64,000 bases of DNA from Adineta vaga (lineage: Eukaryota > Animalia > Rotifera). Positions within the stretch are counted from its first letter, which is position 1; each line of letters begins with the position of its first letter. Shown here one piece after another: positions 37,225-55,348 of the stretch. The stretch covers positions 11,780,001 through 11,844,000 of the forward strand of contig CP075497.1 of assembly GCA_021613535.1 (NCBI GenBank). The letters run 5' to 3'. Below the pieces are notes generated by a model, which saw nothing but the letters and a program-made list of their open reading frames with translations, was not told the DNA's origin and ran no database searches. The translations under genes and the position numbers were made by a program.

Positions 37225-38562
37225 AAATAAAAAAATCTCTTCTTATGTCAAGTGTAACCAAGCTAATCCAAATGTTCATTGTATCTCATATTTTTAATTC
37301 TCTTTGAAAAATAATGAACAGTAACATATTACAGAAAAATGTTCTTTCTAACAGTTGATATCATGAATAATAGGAAATATTTCCAGAATCCTATTTGATT
37401 GATAGTCGTCCATAAACAAATAATTTATTCAGAATTCAAAATACTTGTGTTATTTCTTTTTTTGTAAAAATTGATGACGATATGACTACGTCTTAGATCA
37501 CAATTAACATTACAACAATATACGATGTTAGAGCTCGTACAAATATTATTTTAAAAGTTAACAAAATTATCTCTTTTTATCAGTAAAACAGATGGACTTT
37601 TAATTGAGAAACTTTTGAAGAGCATTTGTAAGATACACTAAACAACGTTTTGCTTTTTATTATGATACAAATACATTTGTGTTTTTGGATCCTCGTACAA
37701 TCAAATTTTAAGTACAGATAAACAATTGTAGAAGATATTTTCGTGCAGTTGAACACATTTTTTGAATATTTTTTCCATTAATTCGATGTTTATCTTTCGT
37801 TGTTTTTTCATTAAAAAGACTTGCTAAGGAATAAAATTGTGAACATCGTTGTAATTCATTATTATGTCGTCTAGTAAACAACTTTGCATTGTCAATACCC
37901 AATAAATCTTCGTTAGATTGACTTAATTTTGCTGCCTTTTTATTCACTGGATTACCAATCGCAAACGCGATGATATCTGACTTGGTTTCCAGTGAATCTG
38001 ATGATCCAAATGATGATGATACACTCGGTATAAATACGAATTCTCGTTTCATTGATGAAACTGTTGTGCTCGTTGTTACGAATGAATATTTAGAAGTCTT
38101 GAAATGAATATATCATTGAATGACATCAATACAAAGATAAGAACGAAAAAGATAAGTTTTGTCCGTTATATAGATGAAAAAAAACATGTATTTGTAAAAT
38201 ATGCTATATACACATAGTTTCAGCAAAAAGAAAGAAAAATGCAGGCAGGAACATGATGTAAAAGGTGACACGAAAGTATTTCGTATAGAATAAACAAATT
38301 CTTTTTAATTCTCACAAGACATTTCTTCCATGACCTACTTTTTTAAGTTGATATGCAATTGAATTTCATCGAATATCTTCAAAAATGAACATAACAGAAG
38401 ACAAGAAAAAAAGGCGTCTAATGCTTATGTACTTTTCTATATCATTAGTGACATTTATCGGATAAAAAAGTACAATATTATGATACTTAAATCCGTTGTA
38501 AAAGGTCTTTTACTCATCGTTTTTCGTCGCCGTGAATTGTACGTCAAAAAACGACATACAAA

Positions 38563-39402
38563 ATGATACTAGTATCGATCGTTCTGTTTTACGTATTGTT
38601 TGTATCTACAAATTCCCTTCCGACTGAACAACGGAATCCTATTTTTCAAACAGAGTCGCATGAAAAGTAAGTGAACCTACTCGAAATTATTTCCATTGCT
38701 TTTCGTATACTTTATTCTTATAGTTTACGTACAAGACAATTGTATTTTACAGAACTATCGACGAATCTTCAATATAATTATGTGAATGATCAAGGAGATT
38801 ATCGTCTTTATAAATTGATACCTAAACCTACAATTAATCAAGCTCAAATAAAGATAGTTAATAAATGGCTAGAACAATATCTTCAACAATCATTCGAGAG
38901 ACCTGAAGGAGATTATTCAAATGTGCTTCAATTTTGTGGTACGACAATCTTGGCATTTTTCTTACGAAATTCTACTCTTTCAATAAAGAATATCAATGCA
39001 CTTTTATTAGCTCATCTCCAAGCATACGATAACTCGCAGTATGTATGTTTTCTAAGTACTTTGAAAGAACATCGTCAAAAAGGTCTTGGAACAAAATTAT
39101 TAAATGTATTTATCAACGATGCTATTCGAGCAAACCATTCTCGAATCTCATTACATGTCAATACAGAAAATACGAATGCTTTCTCATTATATTCGAAGTG
39201 TGGTATGCGCTGTATTCAATACATTCCGAAATACTATTTTGGTGATCGAACATTTCCAACACAAAATGCTTTTCTAATGAGTTTACAACTGAAAAATATC
39301 AGAAATTCAACAACAATTTGTCAATCGACAGCTGCAATAAATATTCCAAATGCAGAAGAGACTTTCTATAAACAAAGATGTCCTCAAGCATTCACTGGTT
39401 GA
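38563..39402 (+). CDS. GNAT-family N-acetyltransferase with N-terminal signal peptide, 2 exons
   Basis: Exon 1 MILVSIVLFYVLFVSTNSLP; motif A HRQKGLGTKLL; LHVNTENTNAFSLYSKCG..YIPKYY (RimI/Naa50-like). Confidence 0.8.
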
Positions 39403-39499
39403 TTTTTTTACTTGTAACCCTATACTTAATTTGCACTTCTAAAACGTTTAAATACATGATTCTGATCATAATGCCTAATGTGTGATTTTAGAAGAGTTA

Positions 39500-40400
39500 T
39501 GCAGAAAATCGTTCATTATTTACATATAGAATAAGCATATATAATAGAATGAATCAAAAAAATTATCAAGTCTATAACCAGATATGCAAAACGATCCAGT
39601 GTATTGAAATGATGCAACTAACAAGTATTTAAATTGATTGACAACCTGAAATATGTATTCTGGTAAATACGCAGAAGCTATACACAAATTTCGTACATTT
39701 GGAAAGACAGAATATAATTGTTCGATACTGTAATTATTATTCTTACAAAAATTTAAATGTTCAGCACCAACATCAAGGTTTTTGAATCCTTTTGAATGAC
39801 GAACTTCGAACTACTTCAAGAAAATGTTTTGCACTATGTCTAATTGTTAATCGAAAAAGATTTCTCTTGCCATGTAATACAAAAATGACTTCCATAATAA
39901 CTATATTTGATATATACGATTAACTGTTGTATTCGAGTTAGATCAACAACTCCTTCGAGAAATCGCAAAGAAATCACACAGAATAAGGATAGTTTGTGAA
40001 CACAAGAAACTCGATGATCAATTTCTGTACGAAATCCTGAGAGCGCTAAGTGATTAATGCATCGAGAAAACTTCGTCTTATCCAGGGATGTAGATAGAAG
40101 AAGTAATCGAAAGCTATAATTATTACCTCTAATTGTCAAATTGAGTCGATTCAAATTCTTAAATGGTATAACAAAGTCCATATGTGCAACAGTATCTTCA
40201 ATAACTTGATCAGGTACAATCCGTTGATAGGTAAGATCAAGCTCTTTCTTTGTAATCGATTGAAATTTCAAACGATAATTTGGATAAGTCAGTAATATAT
40301 TGTCGATGTAAGAATTAAGATTAGTAAATGAATGAAATATTTCATGTACTGAAAAGTAATTAGACAGTTGATGGATCAATTCGATAGGTTAAAGAGTTAG
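39500..40400 (-). pseudogene. F-box(/LRR) protein relic
   Basis: LTL*PIELIHQLSNYFSVHEIFHSFTNLNSYIDNIL: F-box with an in-frame TAA; downstream sequence fragmented. Confidence 0.6.
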
Positions 40401-40642
40401 TTGACAAAATGCCATTTTTTTAAAGAAAATTTGTTAGTAACAATCATCTTTATTTTACAAAACATATTGGTATTTCCTTCCCTGTTCCGCAAACTAAGAA
40501 ATATTGTGAATCATGTTATGAAAGAAGAGAAAAAGAAGAGATTTGTGTCATTTATTCATCAATTTGTTTTACATATCTATTCCTATTCTGTAAATTATTT
40601 GGAAAAAAAACTTGTCAAAGCATATCGTTTACATATTAATTA

Positions 40643-41157
40643 TTATCGAAAAAGAGTCATAGTATGATTTATTAATTGAACACATAGTAAAAGAAATAGA
40701 AGTAAACATGAGTGATGCATACGTGTTGGTACTGAATTACAAAGATGACTTCGACAACAGTATCGAGCAGTGCCAGAATAGATTCCCGGCATAGTCATAC
40801 TCTGATCATTATATGTATCTTGTCGACAATCAGGTGATGAGCCACGTGAGACCATTTGTTGATTTCCAGGACCTGATCGCCATACAATTTTCTTATAAAA
40901 ACAAACATATAGTTTGAGAGTTATTAACATAACTACTCACATAACACCATTCTTCTGAGCGAGCTGGCAAACTTACACCACGTTCCGAATTCAAACAATT
41001 CGCACAAAAGTAACAATCAAAAGCGTTAGTAAAATTCGGAAGAATTGCCAAACAAACTTGAACGTTTAATCAAAAACAAATATATATTAGACGAAAAGTG
41101 AATCTAAAATTTATACTTACAGAAAACTAAAACCGTCCATGAACATTGATACTTCAT
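40643..41157 (-). CDS. Ly6/uPAR-like three-finger protein, probably GPI-anchored, 3 exons
   Basis: Signal peptide, FDCYFCANC..WCY|KI..C..CCRSHLCNS, hydrophobic C-terminal tail. Confidence 0.8.
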
Positions 41158-41769
41158 TCCTGTATGAAAATGGACGACACAAGTAAACAGTTGATCTTTG
41201 CTCAAATAAAAAAAGAAAGAAAAAGGTCAATGTTATGTGTATTGTAGAATAGTGAAAATGATCGATGTGTGATATAGTCATATAACAGATCACTTCTCTC
41301 TGACCACATTACATTACGATAAGAACTATTCAATTCAATTCAAGCCTTACAAAGAGTATCAAAGATTTGCTTTTCTTTTTCATTGAATATCAATGTGAAG
41401 CACTTCCTACCACACTTCTATGCAATAAATACATAGATTCAATACAAATCTTACCCTATTCGAACATACTTATTATTGAGTATATAGATGAATTGACATC
41501 AATTGAATGTCACTCATTCTCATACTGATCAACGAAAAAAAGATGATATAACAAATGTACGATTCTAAGCTAAACTTCACCTATCCATATGCGTTCAAAC
41601 ATACATGTGGATGCTTTCAGTCATATTCTATATACAATGTGTTTAGTATGCTATTCTCCATATTGCCTGCCCTCTATCATTCGATGATTCTTATTTGTAG
41701 TTGATCAAATAAATATCAATGTCAAATGTTGTCAATAAATTGAATTGATAATCTAAACGAAAATTTAAG

Positions 41770-43472
41770 ATGGTTGAACCATCTTCATCAGCAAGTTTAT
41801 GGCGTACTGTTTTGCCAATTTGTTGTATTTGTTTGCTTTATTTGACTTCATTTTTTCTCTTTGTTTGTTCAACAAATTCATTGATTTATTCAACAGTTTG
41901 TTATCTTCGAGCAAATGCATCATTCTGTGCTGAAATTGATCGAAATCAATCATATCATCTTCTTGAAGAATCAATTCAAAAAGAAAGTTCTCAATGGGCT
42001 CTCTATGGTACTTTATCTTTTTCAATTATTGCTTGTTTCATCTCACCTATCTATGGAAGTTTATCCGATACAAAAAATCGTAAATTACCAATTGTCTTAA
42101 CAATATGTAATGCAATTGTTACTGGTTTAATTATTACCATTGCTAGTATTCATCAAGGTACACAATTATGTTTAATATTATATCTAATTGCAAATATTGT
42201 CAATGGTTTTGGTGGTGGAGCATTGATACTTATTTCGTAAGTTAATAACTCGGAAAAGAACGAGATAAACTTGATTCTTCCATTTAATTCTATTTGAAAT
42301 GATAAATTGACTATCATGTTTTGAATTTAGATCATGTTTTGGTTATGCTACAGATTCGTGTATACAAAAAGAACAACATGTTCAAATAATTGCATTAATT
42401 GAAGCATCATTAAATATTGGTGTAGTTATTGGTTATGTACTTTGCACATTTTTCTTTCAATTACAACTTCAAATTTGGTATATCTTACTGATTCATGTTA
42501 CTCTTCTTGTTCTCACATTATTCATCAGTCTCGTCTTTCTTCGAACTCGTTTAACAACAGAATCTTCAACGATCAGTACACGAAGAAACTTATTCGTCCA
42601 TTCGTTGATACACGTGATTTATTCGTTACTCTAAAGCAAAATTCTTTACTTGTATCATTTCTAATACTATTAATCTCACTTTTTTTCTACGATTTATTTC
42701 GTATGGGTTCATCATCTGTTGTTTATTTATATTTACATCGAATGTCATTTGATGATACACATTATGCAGCATATTTTACATTTGAACAGTTAGCTACTTG
42801 TTTAGCATTGATTATCTTAGCGTTATTACGACGACAATGGAAAATTAATGATCTTTATTTAGCAAGTATTGGTCTATTATTTTCTTTAGTTGGACCAATA
42901 TTATTTGCATTTGCAAAAAACAATAAAGCAATGATTTTCGGAGGTAAAAAGTCGACAATTATTGAATAAAATTATTTCTTTTTTTTTACAGCGATTCCAT
43001 CTTCAATGTTTAGTATTTATTTCGCAGTATGTTTACGATCCATTATTGCTCGTTTAGTACCTGATAAAGATAGAGGTAAAGAATTATCTGATGTTAAGTA
43101 TTCATTTTATTTGACAAGAATTATTCTTTTAGGCAAAGCATTTGGTTTTGTTGCATTGATACAAAATCTTGATGTAGTAATCGGTACAATTTCTTGTGTG
43201 GAAATTTATCGAGCATCGATTGATTTTTTTCCTGGTTTTGTTTTTATCTTTGCTGCAGCTACACGACTACTTGCATTGATTCTTATTCTGTAATATTGAC
43301 ATTTATTTTCGGAGATTTATCAAGAACTGTTTTGATTTTTCATTTCAGAATACAAGCTTTTTGTATTAGTCGAATACCGCAATTATCGTTAACAACAATA
43401 GATGATGAAGCTGAACAACCAATTTTAGATATTGAAACTAATGAAATTGATGAACAGTTAATTCATACTTAA
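41770..43472 (+). CDS. MFS transporter, SLC46 (PCFT/HCP1-like) family
   Basis: GSLSDTKNRKLP motif, large Cys-containing first loop, SCFGYATD, RSIIARLVP..GKAFG; about 12 TM. Confidence 0.85.
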
Positions 43473-43563
43473 GAGTTTAACTCATATATCAAGATCTGCA
43501 AAAGAAAAATGATTTGTTTCTTTTTTTTTCTATTCTATATATATATATTTCTTTGTAGATAAA

Positions 43564-45169
43564 ATGATATCTTTGTTAATAAAACTTTCACATCTATTTA
43601 TAATTTTCAATATTGGTATCAATGCTTTACCAGTGATTAACAATGTGAGTTGCCATGTCTAACCTTAAGTTTTATTCGATATTTTATTCATTATTTAGAA
43701 ACCTGATGACCAAAATAGTACAAATACTTTCGATCAAAAACCTAAATTATTAGAATCTCAATTGAATAAATTACCATCAGTTCCACGTGCACCATTGTTA
43801 ATACCAAAAATTCAACCACCAAAAGATTTTAATCTAACGAAGATTGCAAAAGATCTGAAAAGCTTTGGTATTCATAGTCTCAAAGAAGATCAACATCTTG
43901 AAGCTTTACCGTTGGATCGACATGGCAAAGTCAATCCGGAATTTCATCGAGAATTATTCTTGGGTAATCATGAACTCTTCGAAACAAATATTCAACATGA
44001 TGAACAAAAACGAGAGAAAAAACTCGAAGAAATATTTCGATTGTAAGAAAAACTAAATGTAAATGGAATATTTAATGTTAATCTATATTTAGAGCTGATA
44101 CGGATCATGATGAACGTTTGACAAAAGAAGAAATAGTGAATTATTTATTCAAAAATATACAAGATCATTTGAAAGAAGCAAAAGATAAAAATTCACAATT
44201 ATTTATATTGATCGATACAAACAATGATGGTAAGAATTCATTCATTTAGTAAAACTAATAATGACAACTGTCTATTTCATTTTTTTTTCTTAGGTAAAGT
44301 AACATGGGCAGAATATGCAGCATTGTATATCGAATTTCATCATATGAATACGACAGATATAAAAGATTTGAATGATGTTGATTTTGTTCAGGAATCATTT
44401 GATAATAATCGTAAGTATAATAGTTTATGTTAAGTTATTTATCTGTTTCTTTTTATGATGGTTGTAGTACGTCGTGAACTTTTGAAAATTCGATATCGTT
44501 GGACAGAAGTTGATAGTGATGGTGATAATGAACTTAATCATGATGAATTTCTTGCATTTCGTCATCCGGAAATAGCTGGTCGTTCATATAAACATATTGT
44601 TGATGATATTATGTCACAAATGGGTTTGTTCTCTACTTCATTACATAACGAATTTCATCTCTTATATCTTCGTTTCTTTTAAATATTCAGATCGTAATGA
44701 AGATCAAAAATTGACCATAAATGAATTTGCATTTTTACCTCGTATGCTTAAATATACTTGATTGTTTTCTCTTATCTATTGTTGTTCTTTTGTATAGCTG
44801 AAGGTTTAGAAGATCCAAATAATAAAGAATGGGCAGAAATGGATAAACGTTGGTTAGAAGAACAAAAACGTGAATTTCATGAATTTGATGAAGATAATGA
44901 TGGAATTTTAACTAGAGATGAATTATTGGTAAGAATAGAAATGATTATTACGAGTTTATTATAAAAATTTGTTGTTTACTTCATTGTAGAAGGCATACGA
45001 TCCATTGAATCGTGTTCATATTGATCGTCAAATAAAAAAATTATTCTGGAAAGTCGATGATTCACCAACGGATAACTCTTTATCATTAGATGAAATTCAA
45101 AATCATGCTGATATTTTTGCGGACATGCGTCTCTTAGATGCTGAGAAAGTATTACATGAAGAAATGTAA
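43564..45169 (+). CDS. SDF4: 45 kDa calcium-binding protein (Cab45, CREC EF-hand family)
   Basis: Signal peptide, HLEALPLDRHGKVNPEFHRELFLG, multiple EF hands, EFLAFRHPE, C-terminal HEEM*. Confidence 0.88.
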
Positions 45170-46687
45170 TTTAAAAAACGTGTTTTTCTTTGTTTCGTTC
45201 TTTTGATTAGTTAGTAATTTATTTCATCGTTATGTTGATTTGTAATCAAATTAAACAATCAGTATCAAAAATAAACCGGGAATTTTCTATAATTTGCATG
45301 AATTTATTTGTTTATGTCTGTTAGAAAATAGTGACATATCCGAATTTATCTCGAACATCATTTGAATGAGCGTGTGAATTAACTTCTATCGAATTTCCAA
45401 ACGGATTTTTATATCCTAAGGGTACTTCCGTTTTATCTTTGATCAGAACGGATATTATCAGAAGAGTTTTGTTTTTGACCAACACCGACATAAACATTAA
45501 ACGAATCACTTGAGCTCGACCACTATTGTTCATCTACGAACATATGTATTTAAAAAAATCAAGCATTGACATGATTTCTTGGTTTATATAATAAAATAAC
45601 CAATGAATGTATATCAAAACTATTTATCGTCAAGTAAAAAAACTGATGATTATGTCAATGATAATCTCTCTTTTTGTGACATACAAATATATTGAATATT
45701 GTTTGTTCATTTAAGATATTATACGAAAAAAGATATCGACTTAAGTAAAGTAATATGGGATATACATAATAAGATAGGTTACATCATTCTTTTTCGAAAC
45801 AAAAATCAATTTTTGAGTTTATGAAATAAAGTCGAGCTTTCACATCGAAACAATCTACTTCATTTGATCATTATCAACGTTCAATTAAAATGATGAACGA
45901 TGACAAGAAAATAATCAGATCGACGTCGGTCAATGTATATGTCAATATCAATTTCTTTTCCGTTTATTTTCGAAATTTATCTCATCTGTGTCTTCAATGT
46001 TTTCTCTACCAAAAAAAGACAAAAGATCATTGTAAATCAAACAAAATTGAAAGATGAGTATCAATGATACACTTGATACTTGTTCAATATTCTTCTATTT
46101 ACTAAACGATTGACACAATTTCTAAGTTAAATAAATAAGAGCGAATCGTTTTTTTCTTCTTCTCTTCTTTTCAATGGACTACTTGTATGTTTTGCCAATA
46201 GTTCATTTAATTCACTTATTGAAAAAGTGCGTTAATTGTCCACTCAATATTCACCTTTTTGAAATAGTTGATGGTGAGAAAAAGCTTATGTCTCTTCGAA
46301 ATTGATAGACAATCTCTGTCGCTTTCATTTATTCTTCTCTGTCTCTCTTTCGAGAAAGAGAGAGAGAGAGACACGTTAGCAAAAACGAATGAGCAATTGC
46401 TTTTCTTTCCTTGTCAATCGGATAACTTATATGTATATGTCACGGGTGCATTATTCATCTTCATGCACACTATTTTATATGTATATATTATTAAGCTGTT
46501 CTCATATATTCATTCATTCTTCGTCTACTCATCGATTTCTCATCAGTTGTAAAGAACTTTGTCATATATATTCGTTCTCGTCTTGTTGATAAAAGAAAGA
46601 AAAACTACCGAATATCAACGTGTATATATATATACACATATGTATGGATGTATATGTTGATGAGTAAAGGAAGAGTTGGCCAACGAT

Positions 46688-51302
<4,615 letters not shown>

Positions 51303-51624
51303 ACTAAGATTTCCATTTTGTTTTTTTTCTTCTCATTTCTATCTGATGCAAAGCAACATATATGTAACTCTCGAATAGAGCGATAGAATTTATTGTACAA
51401 AAAAAGAAGAAAGGAAAAGAAAAGAAAAGAAAACGTGTACACCATCACCATAATCTTTGGTTTTTTTTTGTTTTTTGTTTTTGTTTCTATCACGTATTAT
51501 AATATTAATTAAACAAAGTCTGATGCTGCTCGATTGAAAAAAGAAAAGAAAAAGTCTTAAGAGCAATTAGCAAATATGAAATAGATTAAAATATCACACA
51601 TACATAGAAGAAGAAAAAAAGTCT

Positions 51625-52591
51625 TTATTCAATACCGATTGGCACAGATAGACGAAGATTTGGAGTTGTTGCACCTTTCATTTGGGCTGTTATACGAAAT
51701 TCATAAGTAATAGCAACGTTAGGTAGATTATCAGGTGAACCATTTTCATTAGGAATATAACTTGCAGATAAATTCGCTGGTAAAACTAATTCACATTTAG
51801 TATTAACTTCATTTTCTTTCGTATTTTCAGCGATTTCATTGAGAACAGCTGTGAAGATTTCATTTTCACGTTTTATTCCATTTAATGACACTGTTTGCAT
51901 CAATTGTGCTGTAACTGCTTTGATTTGTTTCTGCTTTGGATTTGTTATTGAAACTGAAATAGGAGCAACTGGACAATCACGTCCCGAATAAAATGACTTT
52001 GGTAAACTACAAATCATTGTCACATCACCAGAACCTAAAAACGAAGATTTTATTAAGAATTTTCGATCGTTATGAAATCTTACCTGTTACTTTACACGGT
52101 AATGGTACAGTTAATGGCGGTATTTGTGGCGCGATTGTAATTTGTCTATGAGTATTCGGTAATAATCGTCCGTCATGAAAAATTTCCAAATAGTAAATAA
52201 TTGAAAATTCTTTGAATTCACATGAAGGAGGAAGATTACTTCCAAGTGGAATACGAAATGGATAATTGACTTGTTGTTGTTTAATTGTTCTTGCTGTACC
52301 ATTTTCATGTGATGTGATCAATGGACATGAATATGTTAAGAAAATATTGTTATTATTATTGCTATTCATTTGAGAAGAAGTTCGTGTTGGACGTGAAAGA
52401 TATTTTTTACTCTCAATTAATTGACCAATTAGATCCACGCGAATTTCTTTTTCAATACGTAATTTTGATCGAACATTTAAATGAAATTCACCTTGAATGG
52501 ACGAAAGATTACGGTAGAAATCATTGGGTGATGAAAGTGTTACAGAATATTCTGCATTTGTTAATGATGATTTTGACGAACTTAGTCCCAT
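51625..52591 (-). CDS. Arrestin domain-containing protein, 2 exons, possible N-myristoylation (MGLSSSK)
   Basis: YPFRIPLGSNLPPSCEF (arrestin-N) and LPKSFYSG..PISVSITN..LRLSVPIGI (arrestin-C). Confidence 0.8.
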
Positions 52592-52779
52592 CTAGAAAAA
52601 AAATACATTCATTTCTATTAGATTGTCGTCTCAACAAAGATGTTTATATAAAGAAATAGAAGAAGTAAATGCATCTTTTCTTTTTCTTTTTTTTATCACT
52701 AAAGACAACCATTCTTTTGACTTTTAATATTCTTTTTTTTAATATAAAGTGAATATATACATAACTAAACATCGAAGTG

Positions 52780-55089
52780 TTACGTTCCATCACGCGAATC
52801 GTCTTGGTCTTCATCATCATCATCGTCTTCATCATTACTCTCTCCGTCTTGATCATCATCTTCGTCGTCGTCGTCGTCATCTTCTTCATCGTCATCATTA
52901 CTTTCTTCATCGTCTTCTAACTGTTGACTACCATCGTCATCGTCGCCAGTTACATTGTGTTCTATAGCGAGAAAAAGAAAACTTCTTGAATTGTTTATGA
53001 AAATACGAAGAAGAAGCCGAAGAAGAAGAAGAAAAACGAGAGAGTACCTCGTTCTCGTTGATATTGTCGATAGACTTGTTCATGAGCAGCTGACATCATT
53101 TCTCGTGCACGATTTTGATAATCAGTTACACACCATCCATCATTTTCTGTACATTCATGTTCCTAGAAAAAGAAAGTAAAGTTCCTTTTCTTGATCACAG
53201 TTTTAGAATATTATTCTAAGAAAAAAGAAAAGAAAATAGAAAATTTTAATTACATATGATATTGAATGACATACTCAGTGTATTGAATATTTCATTAGGA
53301 AGAAAAAAGAAGAATCTTGTAGTCTTTATAAGAAATGAATGAAACAGTTTTGTTTATGTATGATCGTAAACTTTGTACTTACAGAACTTATGGAAGTAAT
53401 GAAATTGTAATAAGTAATTTCCGTTAGTTATGAATGCTTGAATGAGCTGAGTGATGGAAGAAGTGAGATATTATTTTTAAAATCTTTTATAAATAATCAG
53501 GAAAAACAAATCAAGATTAGATTAGATTAGAAATATTTTCATAGTTCAAACTAATCTTTCATTGATTTTGCTATACGAGTAGTAAGCTCTTATCAAAATC
53601 TGACAGCTGTATTTATCAAATAATAGACGAGAGAAAATAAACGCGCCTGTCGCTCTTTTTCCTTTCTCACCTGTCCATCATTGGAATGAACCATTTGTTG
53701 TACTTCATCAAGTTGAATATCAATCAATTGATAATGAATCGAACGTGCCACAGGCAAACTTGTTCGTTTAAACATATACATTTCTTCCTAAATATCAATT
53801 CTCTAAACGTTCTAATCATAAAGAAAAGATTTATTCAATTTACGGCATAGTTTTTCGTATTTGATGCAGAAATTGTTGTTGCTGTTGTCGACATTTGTCC
53901 GGGAATTAATCTAGATGAAAGAGAACTTGCAAACAAAAATGTATGAAAGTAAAAAAAGACTCACGATGATCGATGATAAGCTCGCGATGTTCTTGATTTG
54001 ACAAGATTCTTTTCAGGATCAAGTATTGCACGGACACGATAATCAACAATTTGATAGATTTTCGATTTTGTATCTGAACGTGGATCATAGTTATATTTCA
54101 CCCAACAACGATTCCATGGACCATTACAAAAGAAATATGCAACATGATGAATAATACGTTTAAGAATCACTTCAGTGATTTTTAAATGATATAATAAACT
54201 ATTTCGTGTCCAAATTGGACGTTGATCAAATAGACGACGAAGATGAGTTATAATTGACTGATCAACATTTGTATAAAGGTCATTTGAAGATTTTGCACCT
54301 AAAAAAAGATTATTTAACTACGTCATTTCAACACATTCTGAACGTGGAAGAAAACGATATTTAAATAATAGACAGGAAGAGTAAATATTATAATAAGAAA
54401 ATTTCCTGTGTATGAACTCATTATTTTGAGACGTAATTCGATTGATTACCTTTTGGCACTGCAGTGGCGTCAAATCCAATATGATATGCAGCAGATGATC
54501 GAACGTTTCTTTTCGTTAATTTATTACTATTAATCGCTTGTTTGGTTCGTGTGATTGTTGTTGCTGTTCGTTTCGGTCGAGCTTTTGGTTCCGGTCGAAA
54601 TGCATAATCAGTAGGATCGAAAAAACGTGAGAAAATCGCTGGAATACACATTAATGGACATGGTCGTTCGAGATTTTCTTTATCTAAACATTGTCGATTC
54701 AAAGCAACACGATTTAAAAATGATTCATATTGATCATTCTTTTTAATCATTGGTAAATATTGAAAATCTGCTAAAGACTCAAATGAATATGATGTATCAA
54801 GAACACCAATGACTTGAACAAGTTGAACAACTTTCGTTCGTTTATTTCGTCGTAAACGAAGAAGAAGTCCAGTTGTCTTCTGACGTTCTGCACGAAGTGG
54901 TCGTTCATAAATATTCGATGGAGTAAATGAACATGTCAATTGTGATGTACCCGAATGAGTAAAAACATCTACAAGACGTTGTCGACCACCAAGTGTTTCA
55001 ATCGCACGATCACAATTAACAACATGACATGGATGTTGAACTGTATAAATCAATTGTAGAGATTCAACTGGAATGAAAGATGTTGACAT
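52780..55089 (-). CDS. GTF3C5: General transcription factor IIIC subunit 5 (Tfc1/tau95)
   Basis: VQHPCHV..AIETLGG, FESLADFQYLP, AYFFCNGPWNRCWVKYNYDPR..IYQIVDYRV, acidic D/E tail exon ending at 52780. Confidence 0.9.
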
Positions 55090-55348
55090 AGAATATCTAC
55101 AAAAAGAAAGAAAGAAATAGAATGTATCATATGAGATAATTAACAAAAATCTTTTAGAAAAAAAAAACAGCTAATATATTCACAAAAAAATACATATGAG
55201 ATTTGTTTTTTTTAATTGGAATGGATTATTGATGAAAGAAACATGTATTATCATGGACTAAAAATAAGAAAAGTATTTTTTAGAAAAAAAAAGATCTTTC
55301 AGTTTCTCGAATGAATATTAGAATAGAAAAGATTCTCTACATACCATT

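Noticed and set aside
37440-38090. 114-aa minus-strand ORF followed by broken hydrophobic frames
   Set aside because: Possibly a decayed gene, but no family recognised and multiple stops.
45321-45540. CGGAT/ATCCG-rich patch resembling a MITE remnant
   Set aside because: No definable termini or TSD.
52644-53179. His/Arg-rich and Met/Thr/Lys-rich ORFs in the track
   Set aside because: Alternative-frame and antisense readings of the GTF3C5 acidic (GAT/GAC/GAA) tail.
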